From positions 51,214,001 to 51,278,000 of the forward strand of contig NC_058382.1 of the NCBI RefSeq assembly GCF_018350175.1: 64,000 nt of DNA, in the 5' to 3' direction. Positions 39,663 through 51,693 of the stretch are shown piece by piece. Numbering within the stretch: the first letter of the stretch is position 1; every line of letters starts with the position of its first letter. Source of the stretch: Felis catus. Its lineage: Eukaryota. The position numbers and the translations under genes are program-made. The notes below the pieces were generated by a model. The model worked only from the letters and a program-made list of their open reading frames with translations, was not told the origin of the DNA and made no database searches.

Positions 39663-39992
39663 AATCCGAGACAAAGGACCAGCCACCCAGCCTGCTGTCA
39701 CCACTGCCCCAGTCAGGGGCCCCATCATGCACCTGTGGGCTCTGGGATCCCGCAGTCTCTGAGAATAGTCCCACAGGTGGCCCTGAGAGTGGCTCTGGGG
39801 GCCAGGGCGGGGACCCCAGTGACGAGGACTGGCGCAGCAAGCGGAAGCACGTGTTTGTGCTGAGCGAGGCAGGCAAGCCCATCTACTCGAGGTACGGCAG
39901 TGTGGAGGCACTGTCCACGACCATGGGCGTGATGACAGCCCTCGTGTCCTTCGTGCAGAGTGCAGGAGATGCCATCCGTGCCATCTACGCCG
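39663..39992 (+). CDS. MON1B: MON1B coding exon 2 (...[54 protein letters not shown])
   Basis: tttttcag acceptor, G|GTGAGC donor, 330 nt, phase 1-1; conserved MON1 longin motif [15 protein letters not shown]. Confidence 0.96.
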
Positions 39993-40514
39993 GTGAGCAA
40001 AGGAGGAGGTAGACCGGGGGATGGTGACTGGGAATCTGGCTGGCTGGCCCACCGGCCGCCTGGGGGACTAGCCCACCAGCCAGGGGTGAGTCCGTGTGTG
40101 TGGATGGCTGGCCAGGCGTCTGTCTGTTGTCCGTCTGTTTGGCCAGTTGGGTTCTGAGTGATTAACTCGCCCGGGTCTAAGTCACTGGCTGGGTAAACTT
40201 CCTTATTTATCTGAAAGCGTGACCTTGGGGGCTCTGTGGCTGAGTTGGGTGTCTTGCTGGGCTCTGTGTCAGTCCTTGCTCTGTGTCATCCATGCTGTGT
40301 GTCTCACCTGATTCCTTGACCCATCGTGTCTCTGCGAATACCCACACTCCCCCCAGTTGTCCTTATCCCAGCCCAAGTGTACCATGGGGTGACCGCGTGA
40401 GCTTGGGCCAGCAGTGTGTGTGTTCAGGCAAAGAGCAGAAGAGCCCCGCCCGATCCCCTCCGGTCGCGCTGACCCATCTCTCCCCCCCCTCCGCCCCCCC
40501 CCTCCCTCCCCTAG

Positions 40515-41334
40515 AGGACCACAAGCTGGTGTTCCTACAGCAGGGCCCACTGCTGCTGGTGGCCGTGTCAAGGACTCCGCAGTCGGCAGCCCAGCTGCGG
40601 GGGGAGCTGCTGGCTGTGCACGCACAGATAGTGAGCACGCTGACACGCGCAAGCGTCGCCCGCATCTTCGCGCGCAAGCAGAACTACGACCTCCGCCGCC
40701 TGCTGGCCGGTTCAGAGCGCACGCTGGACCGGCTTCTGGACAGTGTGGAACGCGACCCCGGTGCCCTGCTCCTGGGCGCCGTGCGCTGCGTGCCCCTGGC
40801 GCGCCCACTGCGGGAAGCACTGGGCGCGCTGCTGCGCCGCTGCACGGCACCCGGCCTGGCGCTGTCCGTGCTGGCGATCGGAGGGCGACTGGTGACGGCA
40901 GCTCAGGAGCGGACCGTGCTGGCCGAGTGCCGCCTGGACCCGGCCGACCTCCAGTTGCTGCTCGACTGGGTGGGGGCGCCGGCCTTTGCGGCAGGAGAGG
41001 CATGGGCGCCAGTGTGCCTGCCCCGCTTCAACCCCGATGGCTTCTTCTACGCCTACGTGGCTCGCCTGGATGCCATGCCTGTCTGCCTGCTGTTGCTGGG
41101 CACCGACCCTGAGGCCTTCCATGACATGGCCACCTGCCGGCGCCTGGTGGAAGAGGGCATGCACACCCTCGGGGCCACGCGTGCCCTCCGGGAGGCTGCC
41201 AGCTTCTCTAGTGCCCCAGCAAGCAGTGCCCCTGCCTACAGTGTGCAGGCTGTGGGGGCACCCGGCCTCCGCCACTTCCTCTATAAGCCGCTGGATATCC
41301 CCGACCATCACCGCCAGCTGCCTCAGTTTACCAG
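40515..41334 (+). CDS. MON1B: MON1B coding exon 3 (EDHKLVFLQQGPLLLV...HRQLPQFT)
   Basis: ccctag acceptor, AG|GTAGGC donor, 820 nt; core of ORF 40283..41338 with MON1 motifs NYDLRRLLAGSE and WAPVCLPRFNPDGFFYAYV. Confidence 0.97.
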
Positions 41335-41680
41335 GTAGGCCTGACCCTATGGGCGGTTGGCTGGGCAGGCAGGCTTATTTGACTAAAAGATTCTTCGGCT
41401 GGACATGAGGCGGGAGAGAGCCGGGCATCCTCTGGAAAGGTGGGATCGAATGGGTGTCCGTATAATGAGGGAGGCTCAAGGAATCCCTTACTCTAATCCA
41501 GTGCTCAAGGAATCAATCCCTCGTTTGCTGGGGAAGCTGGGTCTCCAGCCCCTGAGAAACCCCAAGTCCGATGGGGAAGGCTCGGCTGCCTCATTTCATT
41601 GAACCCCTAGACTGAGGGGAGACGGGCGAGCCAAGGAGGCCTCTGACTGACCTTGGCCTTACCTCCCGCGGTCCCCGCAG

Positions 41681-41828
41681 CCCTGAGCTGGAGGCCCCGT
41701 ACGGCAGGGAAGAGGAACGGCAGCGCCTGTCGGACCTGTACCACCGCCTGCACGCGCGCCTTCACAGCTCCTCCAGACCCCTGCGCCTCATTTACCACGT
41801 GGCCGAGAGGGAGACGCTGCTGGCCTGG
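41681..41828 (+). CDS. MON1B: MON1B coding exon 4 (SPELEAPYGREEERQRLSDLYHRLH...ETLLAW)
   Basis: ccccgcag acceptor, TGG|GTGAGT donor, 148 nt, frame continuous. Confidence 0.96.
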
Positions 41829-42419
41829 GTGAGTCGGCTAGGGGTCAGAAAGGGTTCGTTCCCGACCTCACGCCTCCTTTTTCCCCACCGGATCCCCTCC
41901 GACCGTAACAGCCTCCATCGAGCACGCTGTGCCCTGGCCTGCTGCATCACTGTTCCTGACGCTACATGTGTGTCTTTGAAACCCAGGAGGATCGCGGGGT
42001 CTCCAGCCCTCCAGTAGCCCCATCTGTTCTCTGTTCCCCCTTAAACAACCTGTACAGTGTCTTCCACTCTGAAGAGGTCACATTAACAGCCATCAGTGTG
42101 CCTCCTGCTTCCCGGTTAGCCCTGCCTGTGTGTGCACAGTGCACCTGTCACTCTGAGTCCCCAGCGCTCTTGAACATGACAGAGTTGGTCCCAGGCTGTG
42201 CCTTCTGCCCGGGGTGTTCTCCCCTGGGGTCTCCGGGGCTCCTCGCCTCCCCTTCCGTGGGTTTATTAAGGGTCAGCTATTCAGGGAGTTTGGTCAAGGT
42301 GACCCTGTTGTAAATAGCACCTTCCCCCAGGCTCTGCCATTTAGTACGCATATATTAAATAACTTCTTGTATGTCTGTTGTGTATCAGGCATTGTTCTCA
42401 CCTGAGAATTTTATTTTAC

Positions 42420-43465
42420 TTTTACATTTTTTTCACTTTGATTTTTAAGCAATTTCAGACTTAGAAGCCGCAAAACAGTACAAATAATTACCATAAATAG
42501 GTCTTTCACCTAGTTTCCCCAGATGTTTACCACAGGCGCTTATTAAAATCAGGAAATTAGCATCACTACAACATCATTTCATCCACAGACCTCATTTAGA
42601 TGTCACCAGTTGTCCCACTAACGCCCTTTTACGGCTCCAGAATCCAGCGTAGGATCATAGGCTGGGTTTACTTTTTGTCTCGTTTAAACCCTCTGTAGTC
42701 TTTTTTGTTTTGCATGTCGTTGGCACGTCTCAAGGGTACCAGCTAGTTAGTTTGTAGAGTGTCCCTCAACTTGGGTTTTTCTGATATTTTATCCTGCGTT
42801 TTGGGCAAAAATATCCCCCGAGTGATGTGTCCTTCTCTGCATCCTGTCAGGAGGTCCACAATATCAGTTTGTCCCACTGTTGATGCTAACTTAGATCACT
42901 TGGTTAAGGTGACATCTCCCAGATTTCTCCACTATAGTGTTTTGCCTCCTTCATAACCGGCAAATATCTTGTGGTGATTATGTCAGACTTGTTTTTTTAT
43001 CATACTTTCGTCCACCAATTTTAATATCCATTGATGATTCTTGCCTGCAAGAGTTACTACTTTGGTGTTTACCAGGTGGTGAGTTTTGAACTCCATCATC
43101 CCTTCTACATTTATTGGTTGAGATTCTACTACTATATGGAAGAACTTCTCCTCCCCCTGTTTATTTGTTGAATTTTTAATTTTCTATCAATATGGTCTCA
43201 GGGATTTTTCTTTAATTCATTGTGGGCTCAAAGACTTTTCTGTCACTTATTTTGGTGCCCAGACGGTCTCTGATTTAGCCAGGCTGGCCCCTGTGTCTGA
43301 TACGTCTCCATCACTGTTGAAGCAGTCTCATTTTCTGGCACAAGATATTCCAGGCTCATCATGTACTTTCTCTGTGCCCGTCCTGGAATGAGCCATTTGT
43401 CTAACGAGCCCTTGTGCCTTTTCGTAGAGAATGGCATTTCAGAACCAAGATACGGTAGGCCCAGG
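42420..43465 (-). mobile_element. Ancient L1M 3' fragment in the last MON1B intron
   Basis: gatcacttggttaaggtg...tttctccact L1M motif. Confidence 0.7.
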
Positions 43466-43663
43466 ATTTTAAATTGGCTTGTCAGGAGATGACTCACTTA
43501 CGAAACGGCATCTAAGGGGGAGGTGGCAGGCCATGTGGGTTTCTAGAGGGAGAATGTGGGGCTTGTCTACAACAGCTGCTCCGTAAGTGTTAAGCTTGTT
43601 AAGTTGTTAAGTGTTAAGCATTGTTGTTATACTCGGTGCACAGATGAGCAAACTGATATCCCG

Positions 43664-43668
<5 letters not shown>

Positions 43669-43711
<43 letters not shown>

Positions 43712-43722
43712 AACACACACAC
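43669..43722 (+). repeat. (CA)n microsatellite
   Basis: Seen directly. Confidence 0.95.
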
Positions 43723-43965
43723 ACAGCCAGCATTACCCAATTGAAGCCACTAGATCCAGCTGATTCCTTGGCCCAACTGAAAACCCCTGGCCCGCTGTGA
43801 TATTAGCTTACCTGTTTTAGCCCAGTGGCCAGGTAGCACCAGGTGGGAGCCCTCGCCAAGTGTGTTTTCCAAACAGGAGACAGGCATGGGGCTAGGGTGG
43901 GGCAGACGGGACAGGGCATGACCAGCTCTGGCTCGACTGACTCTTGTCCCCTCTCAAACCTGCAG

Positions 43966-44175
43966 GTGACTTCCAAATTTGAACTCTATACCTGCCTCAG
44001 CCCCCTGGTGACAAAGGCTGGTGCCATCTTGGTAGTGACCAAACTCCTGCGCTGGGTGAAGAAAGAGGAGGACCGGCTCTTCATTCGTTACCCACCCAAG
44101 TACTCCACACCCCCAGCAGCCCCAGCTGCCTCTACAGACCAACCTTCCCATAATGGCTTGTTCACTGGACCTTGA
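43966..44175 (+). CDS. MON1B: MON1B last coding exon ([15 protein letters not shown]...NGLFTGP*); vacuolar fusion protein MON1 homolog B, Rab7 GEF subunit; 551 aa in total
   Basis: ctgcag acceptor at 43965, TGA at 44173-44175; exon lengths sum to 1656 nt, in frame. Confidence 0.96.
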   Translation: MTSKFELYTCLSPLVTKAGAILVVTKLLRWVKKEEDRLFIRYPPKYSTPPAAPAASTDQPSHNGLFTGP

Positions 44176-44799
44176 GAGGCTGCTAGATTGAGCAGCGCTG
44201 GGAACCACCACCTTTAGCTTTTACCTTCTGTCTCCACCCTGGAAATGGGGCGCAGGAGGGGCAGGGGAGAGGCTGCTTCCCCCTGCACCTCCACCTCTGG
44301 GGCAAATCCTTGGCCTCCCTCTGCCTCCCTCTCCCTCTGCCTCACCTCCTCCACCTGGATGATGTGCCAGCCTCTGTTAGGGGCTGTCTCCTCCCCCACA
44401 CCCCCTGTCCTGCATCAAGAGTCGGCCTCCTTGATGGGCTCTCAGCCCTGAGTGTCCAGGGCTGGCCAGGGTCCCCATGGGGGGGCCCCCAGGGGCTCTG
44501 GAATTGGGAATGCGGTGCCAGCCTGTGGCTGGAACCAGCGTGAAGATATTTTAAAGAAAAAAAAAAACCTGTACATAAAAGGCCTAAAACCGGTTCCCAC
44601 GAGGACATTCCTTTGCCCTTCACCTACTTCGTCTTTACCCTGTCAAAAGTGGCCCCCATCAATGTAGCTGCTGCTGCTAGTAGTGAGAAGGTGGCCTCCA
44701 GGGCCCACCTGTCTCTGTAACCCAGGCAGAGCACCTGACTTCGCACATGGCTGAGATGCAGACTTTTTACGCAGGAGGTGCCCTCGGCTTCCAAGGCTC

Positions 44800-45280
44800 G
44801 TTGTACTCCTCTATGAAAAGGAGGAAACGTCGCGTAGGCTGTCACGTGAGGATTTGTAAACGAAAGGGGACTCGACCTCTTGTGTACCACCGCACAGCAC
44901 ACGTGTATGTGTCCCAGACTTTCACAACCTGCACAGCAACCTAGAGAGGGAAAGCCCTCCCTAGAGTTTGTATGTGTGTGCACAGCACTCATTCCTCAAC
45001 CGAACCAAGACCCAGTTGTGCTCCTGTTTTGCCTCCCCCGGAGTTGGCGGGCCTCAGGGTAGACGCATGCGCGCTGTCAATCAGGGGCACCGGGCCGCGC
45101 TTGGCTACAGCTGAAGCCTCATGGCTTCTCCGCCTGCGGCAACTGGCGAGCCGACACGCACTACACGCATGCGCGACGCAGAGCCTGTAGCCCCAGCATA
45201 GGTGGGTTTTTTTTTGTTTTTGTGTTTTAACCAATCGTCATCCGAGGCGCACGCAAGCGCAACATCCCGCGCGTAGGAAA
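44800..45280 (+). promoter_or_regulatory. SYCE1L CpG-rich promoter
   Basis: NRF1-like ACGCATGCGC at 45063 and 45165, E-box CACGTG at 44843, CCAAT near 45231, TCCCGC at 45265, directly upstream of the ATG at 45281. Confidence 0.75.
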
Positions 45281-45350
45281 ATGGCGGGGAAGTTAGAGCC
45301 TTTGGCAATGGAGCCGCCGGAAGTTGTGGAGGAGACCGAGGAGGCTGAAG
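45281..45350 (+). CDS. SYCE1L: SYCE1L exon 1 (MAGKLEPLAMEPPEVVEETEEAE)
   Basis: aaaATGG start context, G|GTAGGG donor; resembles the human SYCE1L N-terminus MAGKLKPL. Confidence 0.9.
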
Positions 45351-46936
45351 GTAGGGAGGGCGAGCAGGCGTCTCCGCAGTCGGGTCAGAAGGGAGGGAGG
45401 CTCTGTCCCGTAACAATAACGAGATATTAGTAGCGGTACTAAAAACGTGAAAATTTAAGCTTTTTATAAAAAACCCTTCATCAAAGGGGAGACAACTATT
45501 GTCAATCTAGATTAACTCCTGTCAACTTCGTTGGGTATGTTGACTTAAATGTTTGGAAGAAACAACAGCCTGTATATTTCAGTATGCATCCCTTCACACA
45601 AAACACGGAAGTGGATGTTGTCACAAAAATCACCCTGCTGCCACCACACCGAAGAAAATCCCCAGTAATTCCCCAGTGTCCTTTCACACCCAGCCCACGT
45701 CACATTTCGCGTGGACTCTTGGGTCTTAATGGAGAATGGCCTCTCCCATGGGCAGCTTTTTTCCACAGCATTTTGTCAGTTAGGACACCCCACACCCTAG
45801 TGAGAGGGGAAAAATTGCCCTAGAGATCATTAGAAATCACAATGTAGCCAGAAGAAGAAAATCTCCCAAGACGGTGAGCCGCCGCTCTCCCCCTAACATT
45901 TTTTCGTTACAGACATTTTCGGAATGTACACAACTACAGCAAATAACATGGTGAAGGCCCGTGTACCCATCATTCTGGTTTCAAATGTCGACTCTCTGCC
46001 CTCTTCTGATCTATCCCTGTCCCCCTTCCTGCACACTCTTTAAACCATTATATTAATAACATGTTGGATTGCATCTTTCCAGATCCATCTATGCAGGCAT
46101 CGTCAATAGTTACGATTGTTATTTCTCCAGCACCTAAAACAAGGCCTGCTTGGTATATAGTAGGTACTCAGTAATTTTTTTTTTTTTTTTTGTATTGTAT
46201 GGATAACTAATTACCAGGAAGAGCTCTCTTAAATAAGGGCTACATGTGGAGGGCCAGCTTTAAGCAAAGAACAGACAGAAATGAGAAAGCTGCAAATAGA
46301 TCTCATGTATTGAGCAGTTACTGTAGCACTTATGATAGTAACAACTGTGCTGAAAACTATTTTAGTTTCAAGCTTTCAAATTAGTCACAATTGAAGTTAT
46401 GATTAACTTCACCAGCAGCAGAGAAAATCGAAAAGCATATCAAGTTATCATTTTCTAGCCCATTGAAAATGGCTTTAAAAAGAGAGGCTTTAAATCTAGT
46501 ATTGATTACTCTGTGGGGAAACAGCCTGTCTCTTGCCTCACTCAGAGAACTGACCACTAAAGACTTTGCTAGAAGCAGTTTGGAAGAATATGTTTAGCGT
46601 CTAAAATGCTATTCCGTATCTTTAGTCACCGTGCTCAGTAATCAGAGAGTATGCAGATGTGTGGACCACAAAGGATCACTGGAGTGTTGCGGATGGAAGT
46701 AAAACAAGGAGCAATCAGGGAAATGGCTGGATTTAGATCTGTCCATGCATATCGTGGAATGCTTGTGTGGCGGACATTATTTTAAGCAGTAGGGGGAAAA
46801 ATCCAATCTCATTTAAGATACTTAACAATGGGTTTTAAAAGCGTAAGATCATGGTTTGTTGACACAGAAGGAGCTCCAAAGGTGATCATAGTCTTATGAG
46901 AGGAAAGCAAATTGGGATTTAAAAAAACCAGAGGGC

Positions 46937-47175
46937 GGGGCGCCTGGGTGGCGCAGTCGGTTAAGCGTCCGACTTCAGCCAGGTCACGATCTCGCGCTCC
47001 GTGAGTTCGAGCCCCGCGTCGGGCTCTGGGCTGATGGCTCGGAGCCTGGAGCCTGTTTCCGATTCTGTGTCTCCCTCTCTCTCTGCCCCTCCCCCGTTCA
47101 TGCTCTGTCTCTCTCTGTCCCAAAGATAAATAAAAACGTTGAAAAAAAATTAAAAAAAAAAAAAAAAAAAAAAAA
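46937..47175 (+). mobile_element. Very young feline Can-SINE with a long poly(A) tail and perfect TSD aaaaaaaccagagggc
   Basis: CpGs intact; TSD at 46921 and ~47169. Confidence 0.93.
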
Positions 47176-48659
47176 CCAGAGGGCCTTGTCAACTAGAGCC
47201 CTATGTACGTCGCACAGAACAGCGTCTGAAGCTAAAGGCCTAACGACCCTTAACAAGGGACCTAGGTCTTTAGGAGTGCACAAAGGTGGAGGTATTTTGT
47301 GATGTTTTTTTTCTCTTTTATTTTGCTTTCAGGAAAACGTATTCTATAATTTTAAAATATAAGAGAAATAGGGGAATTTTTGAACGGCATCGGAGGATCA
47401 TATACTGACCTTGAGCACTGTTAACATCCCAGTTTTGATGGTTATACTGTGGTTACCTGGTAGAGTCCCCTTGGGTATAGGAAATATACACTGGAATAGT
47501 AAGGAATAATGGGCCATGGTGCCTGCAATTTGTGTTACAGAAATGCTCACAACGGGGAAATCTGATACCAAGGCAGATAAGAGCATTGGGGCCTTTTTCT
47601 ACCACTTTTATGTACATCTGAAATTATTTCAAAATAAAATGTTAAAAGGGACTCCTGCTGTACAGGCTGTTTTATAATATACACTCCTAAAAATTTTTAT
47701 CAGGACGTTAGTCTGACTATTTAAAAGATTTGCTGATAACTCACGATGACTAGGACTAGAAATAAGGTGGGGAGGAAAAATACAGACAGAGCTTTGGCAG
47801 AAATGGTTACAAAAGCCGGCTGTAAAAGGCACGGAGACAATCAAGAAATCACGTTATCTGGGCACTGGATGGTATTACATGATGACTGTTACTCTTGTTG
47901 GTGTGGTTAAAGGTTTGGAGTCATCTAGTGAAAATCCCTTAAGTAGCTGAGACTCTTCATGAAATATCCAGGGATGAAATGTCAGGAAGCATAGGGCCTT
48001 CTTGAAAATACCTCAGCACAGGAAAAACGTAGCTGAAGCAAATACGTATGAATATTAATAGCTGTCAGATCTCAGCAACGCAAAAATCAAAAAGTTCATC
48101 ATGGTGTCCTCTCTACTTTTGTGTGCGTTTGGAAATCTTCGTGTGGAACACTAAAAAGAAAGCAAATAATTAGAAATACTTCCCCCTTGTTAATAAAGTA
48201 GCCTTAATTTTTGTTTCACTTCCAAATATTGAATATTATAAAAATTTAAGAATCTCAAGCAGAGACATACCAACCTAGTATTAGTGATTATATCAGAGAA
48301 AGGCAGTAAGATTTAGGGCTAAGGCGAGAAGGAAAAGTGTCATTTTAACTTCACCAATTTCTGTAGTGTCTGAATGTTTTGGGGGGTAAGAAAGTAAAAA
48401 TTAAAGCAATACATGAAATACATTTTACTAAAAGGTCTGAGTGTGTTCAAAGGCAGTAGTTACCTCTGGGAAGGGGAGTAACTTGATGAAGGGGCTGTTC
48501 ATGAGAGGAAACTTTTACTTTTGGTCCAGGTTTTTCTACATTAGCTTATTAAGTGCTGAAAACTTCAAAAGCAAAATTAAATTAATGCATGCTAATTTGT
48601 AAAGGATTTCAGACAAGACAGAAAGATGTACAGAAGGTGAACATATCACCCCAAACATT

Positions 48660-51000
48660 TTTTAAATTTTTATTTACTTTTTTTAAATGTTTGTTTATTT
48701 TTGGCAGAGAGAGACAGAGCATGAGCAGGGGAGGGGCAGAGAGAGAGGGAGACACAGAATGCGAGGCAGGCTCCAGGCTCTGAGCTGCAGCACAGAGCCT
48801 GACGCGGGGCTCAAACTCACAGACCGTGAGATCATGTCCTGAGCTGAAGTCGGATGCTCAACCGACTGAGTCACCCAGGTACCCCAACCACCAAATATTT
48901 TAACAAAATTTAATAAGCCTAGGTTAAGAAAGAAGCCCTGATTTAAAACATGATTTCTGATGGCTACAAAGGATTTCATCCTACGAATATGCTGTAGTTA
49001 ACTAAGATATCTTTAGGTTGCTTCAGTTTTTTAAGATTAGAAACAATGAACAATTTGCCCACCAGCGTTTATTTTCTTAAGATAGATTCCTAGATAATGG
49101 AATTTCTGATCTGGAGGATTTGACTAATTTTTTAATATTTACTGCTAAAAAGCTTGAAATGTAAGACTGGTTTTGCCTATCATTTTGGCAAAAATTGAAA
49201 AGTTTGAAAACGTATTTGGCTGCTAAGATTACGGGGAAGGAGTCTTTTGTGGACCTGCTTGACACAAGTGGAGAGCAATTTCATAATACACATCAAATTT
49301 AGTAACACACATGCCCTTTAATCCAGCTGGTAGCCTAGTAGGAATTTATCCAGTAAATATATTCCCATACCTGCCCAAAAAAGAATGTATGGGGATGGTT
49401 TTCTGGTTGAATTGTGCCCCTCCCCCAAATTTATGTCTACCAGAACCTAAAAATGTGACCTTATTTGGAAATAGGGTCTTTGTAGGTATAACTAGTTAAG
49501 ATAAAGTCATACTAGATAGTAGAAGAGGGAAATTTGCACATACAGAAATACACGAATGCCAGGTGAAGACAGACACACACAAAGAAGGAAGACCCCAAGG
49601 GACGACCCATTTTGTGGTGCTTTGTTACGGCAGCCCAAGAAAACCAATACAGAGGGTCACTGTGGAATTGTTTATAACAACAAAAAGGGAAACATCCTGA
49701 ATACCCATCAGTAAGGGGGCTTCTCTTAAATCATGGTATATCCATTCAGTGAATCACTATGAAGCCACTAAGAAGAATAAAAAAGATCACCAGTATACCT
49801 TGTCAAATGAAAAATACAAGGCGTGGACCATTCATGAGGCAACACTACTTGTATAGAAAGAGTGGGCTTGTGCTTGTATATGAATTGAATTATCTCCACC
49901 TACACAACAAAGAGCTTGTAACACTAGTGGTCTCTCTTAAGGGGAAGTGAGAAGCTTAGGGTCTTAGGAGAAGGGACTTTTCCCTGTATGTTACTGTGAG
50001 TAAGTATCTCTTCCTTTATCGTGTGGCTATCATATGTGTTTTTGCGAGCGGCCTTTCATTTTCTCTGCCCAGTGTTCCTCAGAGAGGAGGGGGTCACTGG
50101 GATTTGACCTTTTATCATTGATTTCAAGAGTTGAAGATGTTGACATTTTTCCTGTGGCTTTTTTGTTGTTGTTGTTATAACTTTATTTTATTTTTTTTTA
50201 AGTTTACTTATTTATTTTGAAAGAAAGCACGAACAGGGAACGAGCAGAGAGAGAGAAGGAGAGAGAGACTCTTTACCAGGCCCCACGCTGTCAGCGCACA
50301 GCCAATGCAGGGGCAGGGCTCAGTCTCACAAACCGTGAGGTCATGACCTGAGCCGAAATCCAGAGTTGGACGCTTAATTGACGAAGCCACCCAGGTGCCC
50401 CTGTTATAATTTTAAAAGTGACACAGTCTGGTGTTAAATACATATAGAAGTATAAATGGTGAAAATTGTTTTTGAGTCAAGATCCAAATACATTGGATAC
50501 AATTGGATACAATTAAAATTCCAATGAATGGTACTTGTGTCAAGTCTCTTAAGATCAATAGAGTTTCCCCTCTCCCTCTTTTTTTTTTTTTTTTCTTCTT
50601 TGCTGTGTATTTGTTGAAGAAACCAAATTGTCCTCTGGAGTTTTCCAGCATCTGGATGACACCGATTGCGCCCCCATGGTATCATTTAACATGTTTCCCT
50701 GCCCCTTTTATTTCTTCCGAATTAGTATTTAGGTATGGAAACCTGTTAAGATTCCTGTTGTTTTGTTTTGTTTTGCTTTGTTTTGTTTTGTTTTGTTTTG
50801 TTTTGTTTTGGCAAGTATCCTTCATAAGCGGTGTTGTGATCTTCCATGAGGAGGCTCATAATACCTGGTTGTCTTCTTTTGATGCTAGTCATTGATGACC
50901 ATATCCTGGACCTACTGATTCTTTAAAAATTTGTTTCATTACTTAAAAATTTTTTCATATTATAATACAGGTAGTCAGATGTTAGAGGAGTATATTTATT

Positions 51001-51035
<35 letters not shown>

Positions 51036-51186
51036 AGGGGTGGTGCAGAGAAAGAGAGAGAGAGAGACAGAGGATCTGAAGCAGGCTCTGAGCTGTCAGT
51101 ACAGAGCCCGACTCAGGGCTTGAACTCATGAACCATGAGATCATGACCTGAGCTGAAGTCGGGCACTTAACTGACTGAGGCACCCC
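48660..51186 (-). mobile_element. Can-SINEs 48660-48884, 50180-50401 and 50990-51186, plus MLT1 (~49400-49630) and L1M relics in SYCE1L intron 1
   Basis: Consensus matches. Confidence 0.8.
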
Positions 51187-51393
51187 AGACCCATTGATTC
51201 TTTAAGAATTTGCAGCTTGTGGCCTATAATGATTTTTAAGAAAAAAATTATCTGAAATCTTTCTGTCCTACTGCATCAGTTTGAACTTCATACTGATTCT
51301 AAACAGCAGCAGCAACAAAAATGCATCCCCTCCTTCTCTCACCCCCGCCTTTCATTTCGTTAAGGAGATGCCTGTGGTGTCCTTTGACCTCTT

Positions 51394-51447
51394 GGGAGTA
51401 GCTGAACATGAGGGAGTAGCTGAACATGAGGGAGTAGCTGAACATGA
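51394..51447 (+). repeat. Perfect 18-bp tandem triplication gggagtagctgaacatga
   Basis: Three identical units. Confidence 0.95.
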
Positions 51448-51630
51448 TTCATCCAGCACACATCGTAAACCTCAGGGACAAGGGACGGGCTCTTGCAGGA
51501 GCCTGCTCTGTCTGGAAGCCCCTCAGCCTGTCCTCGGTTCCAGGTCAAGGGTGTCTCTGCCTTCCTTCGTCCCTTCCCAGAAGGCCTGGACCTTCCCTCC
51601 CTCCTGAAATTGTGGTTTTCATCTCCACAG

Positions 51631-51693
51631 GCCAGACCAAGCCTTTGAAGGTGCCTGAAGACTTGCTGGCAATGGTGAAAAAGCTGCACAAAG
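51631..51693 (+). CDS. SYCE1L: SYCE1L exon 2 (GQTKPLKVPEDLLAMVKKLHK)
   Basis: ctccacag acceptor, AAG|GTCATG donor, 63 nt. Confidence 0.9.

Noticed and set aside
40283..40514. N-terminal extension of the 351-aa ORF
   Set aside because: Intronic; it includes the polypyrimidine tract before the acceptor at 40514.
39513..41408. Antisense and alternative-frame ORFs (179-244 aa) over MON1B exons
   Set aside because: Shadow ORFs of GC-rich coding exons with no independent start or splice context.
51394..51447. CRISPR-like array
   Set aside because: The repeats are contiguous with no spacers, and the context is eukaryotic.
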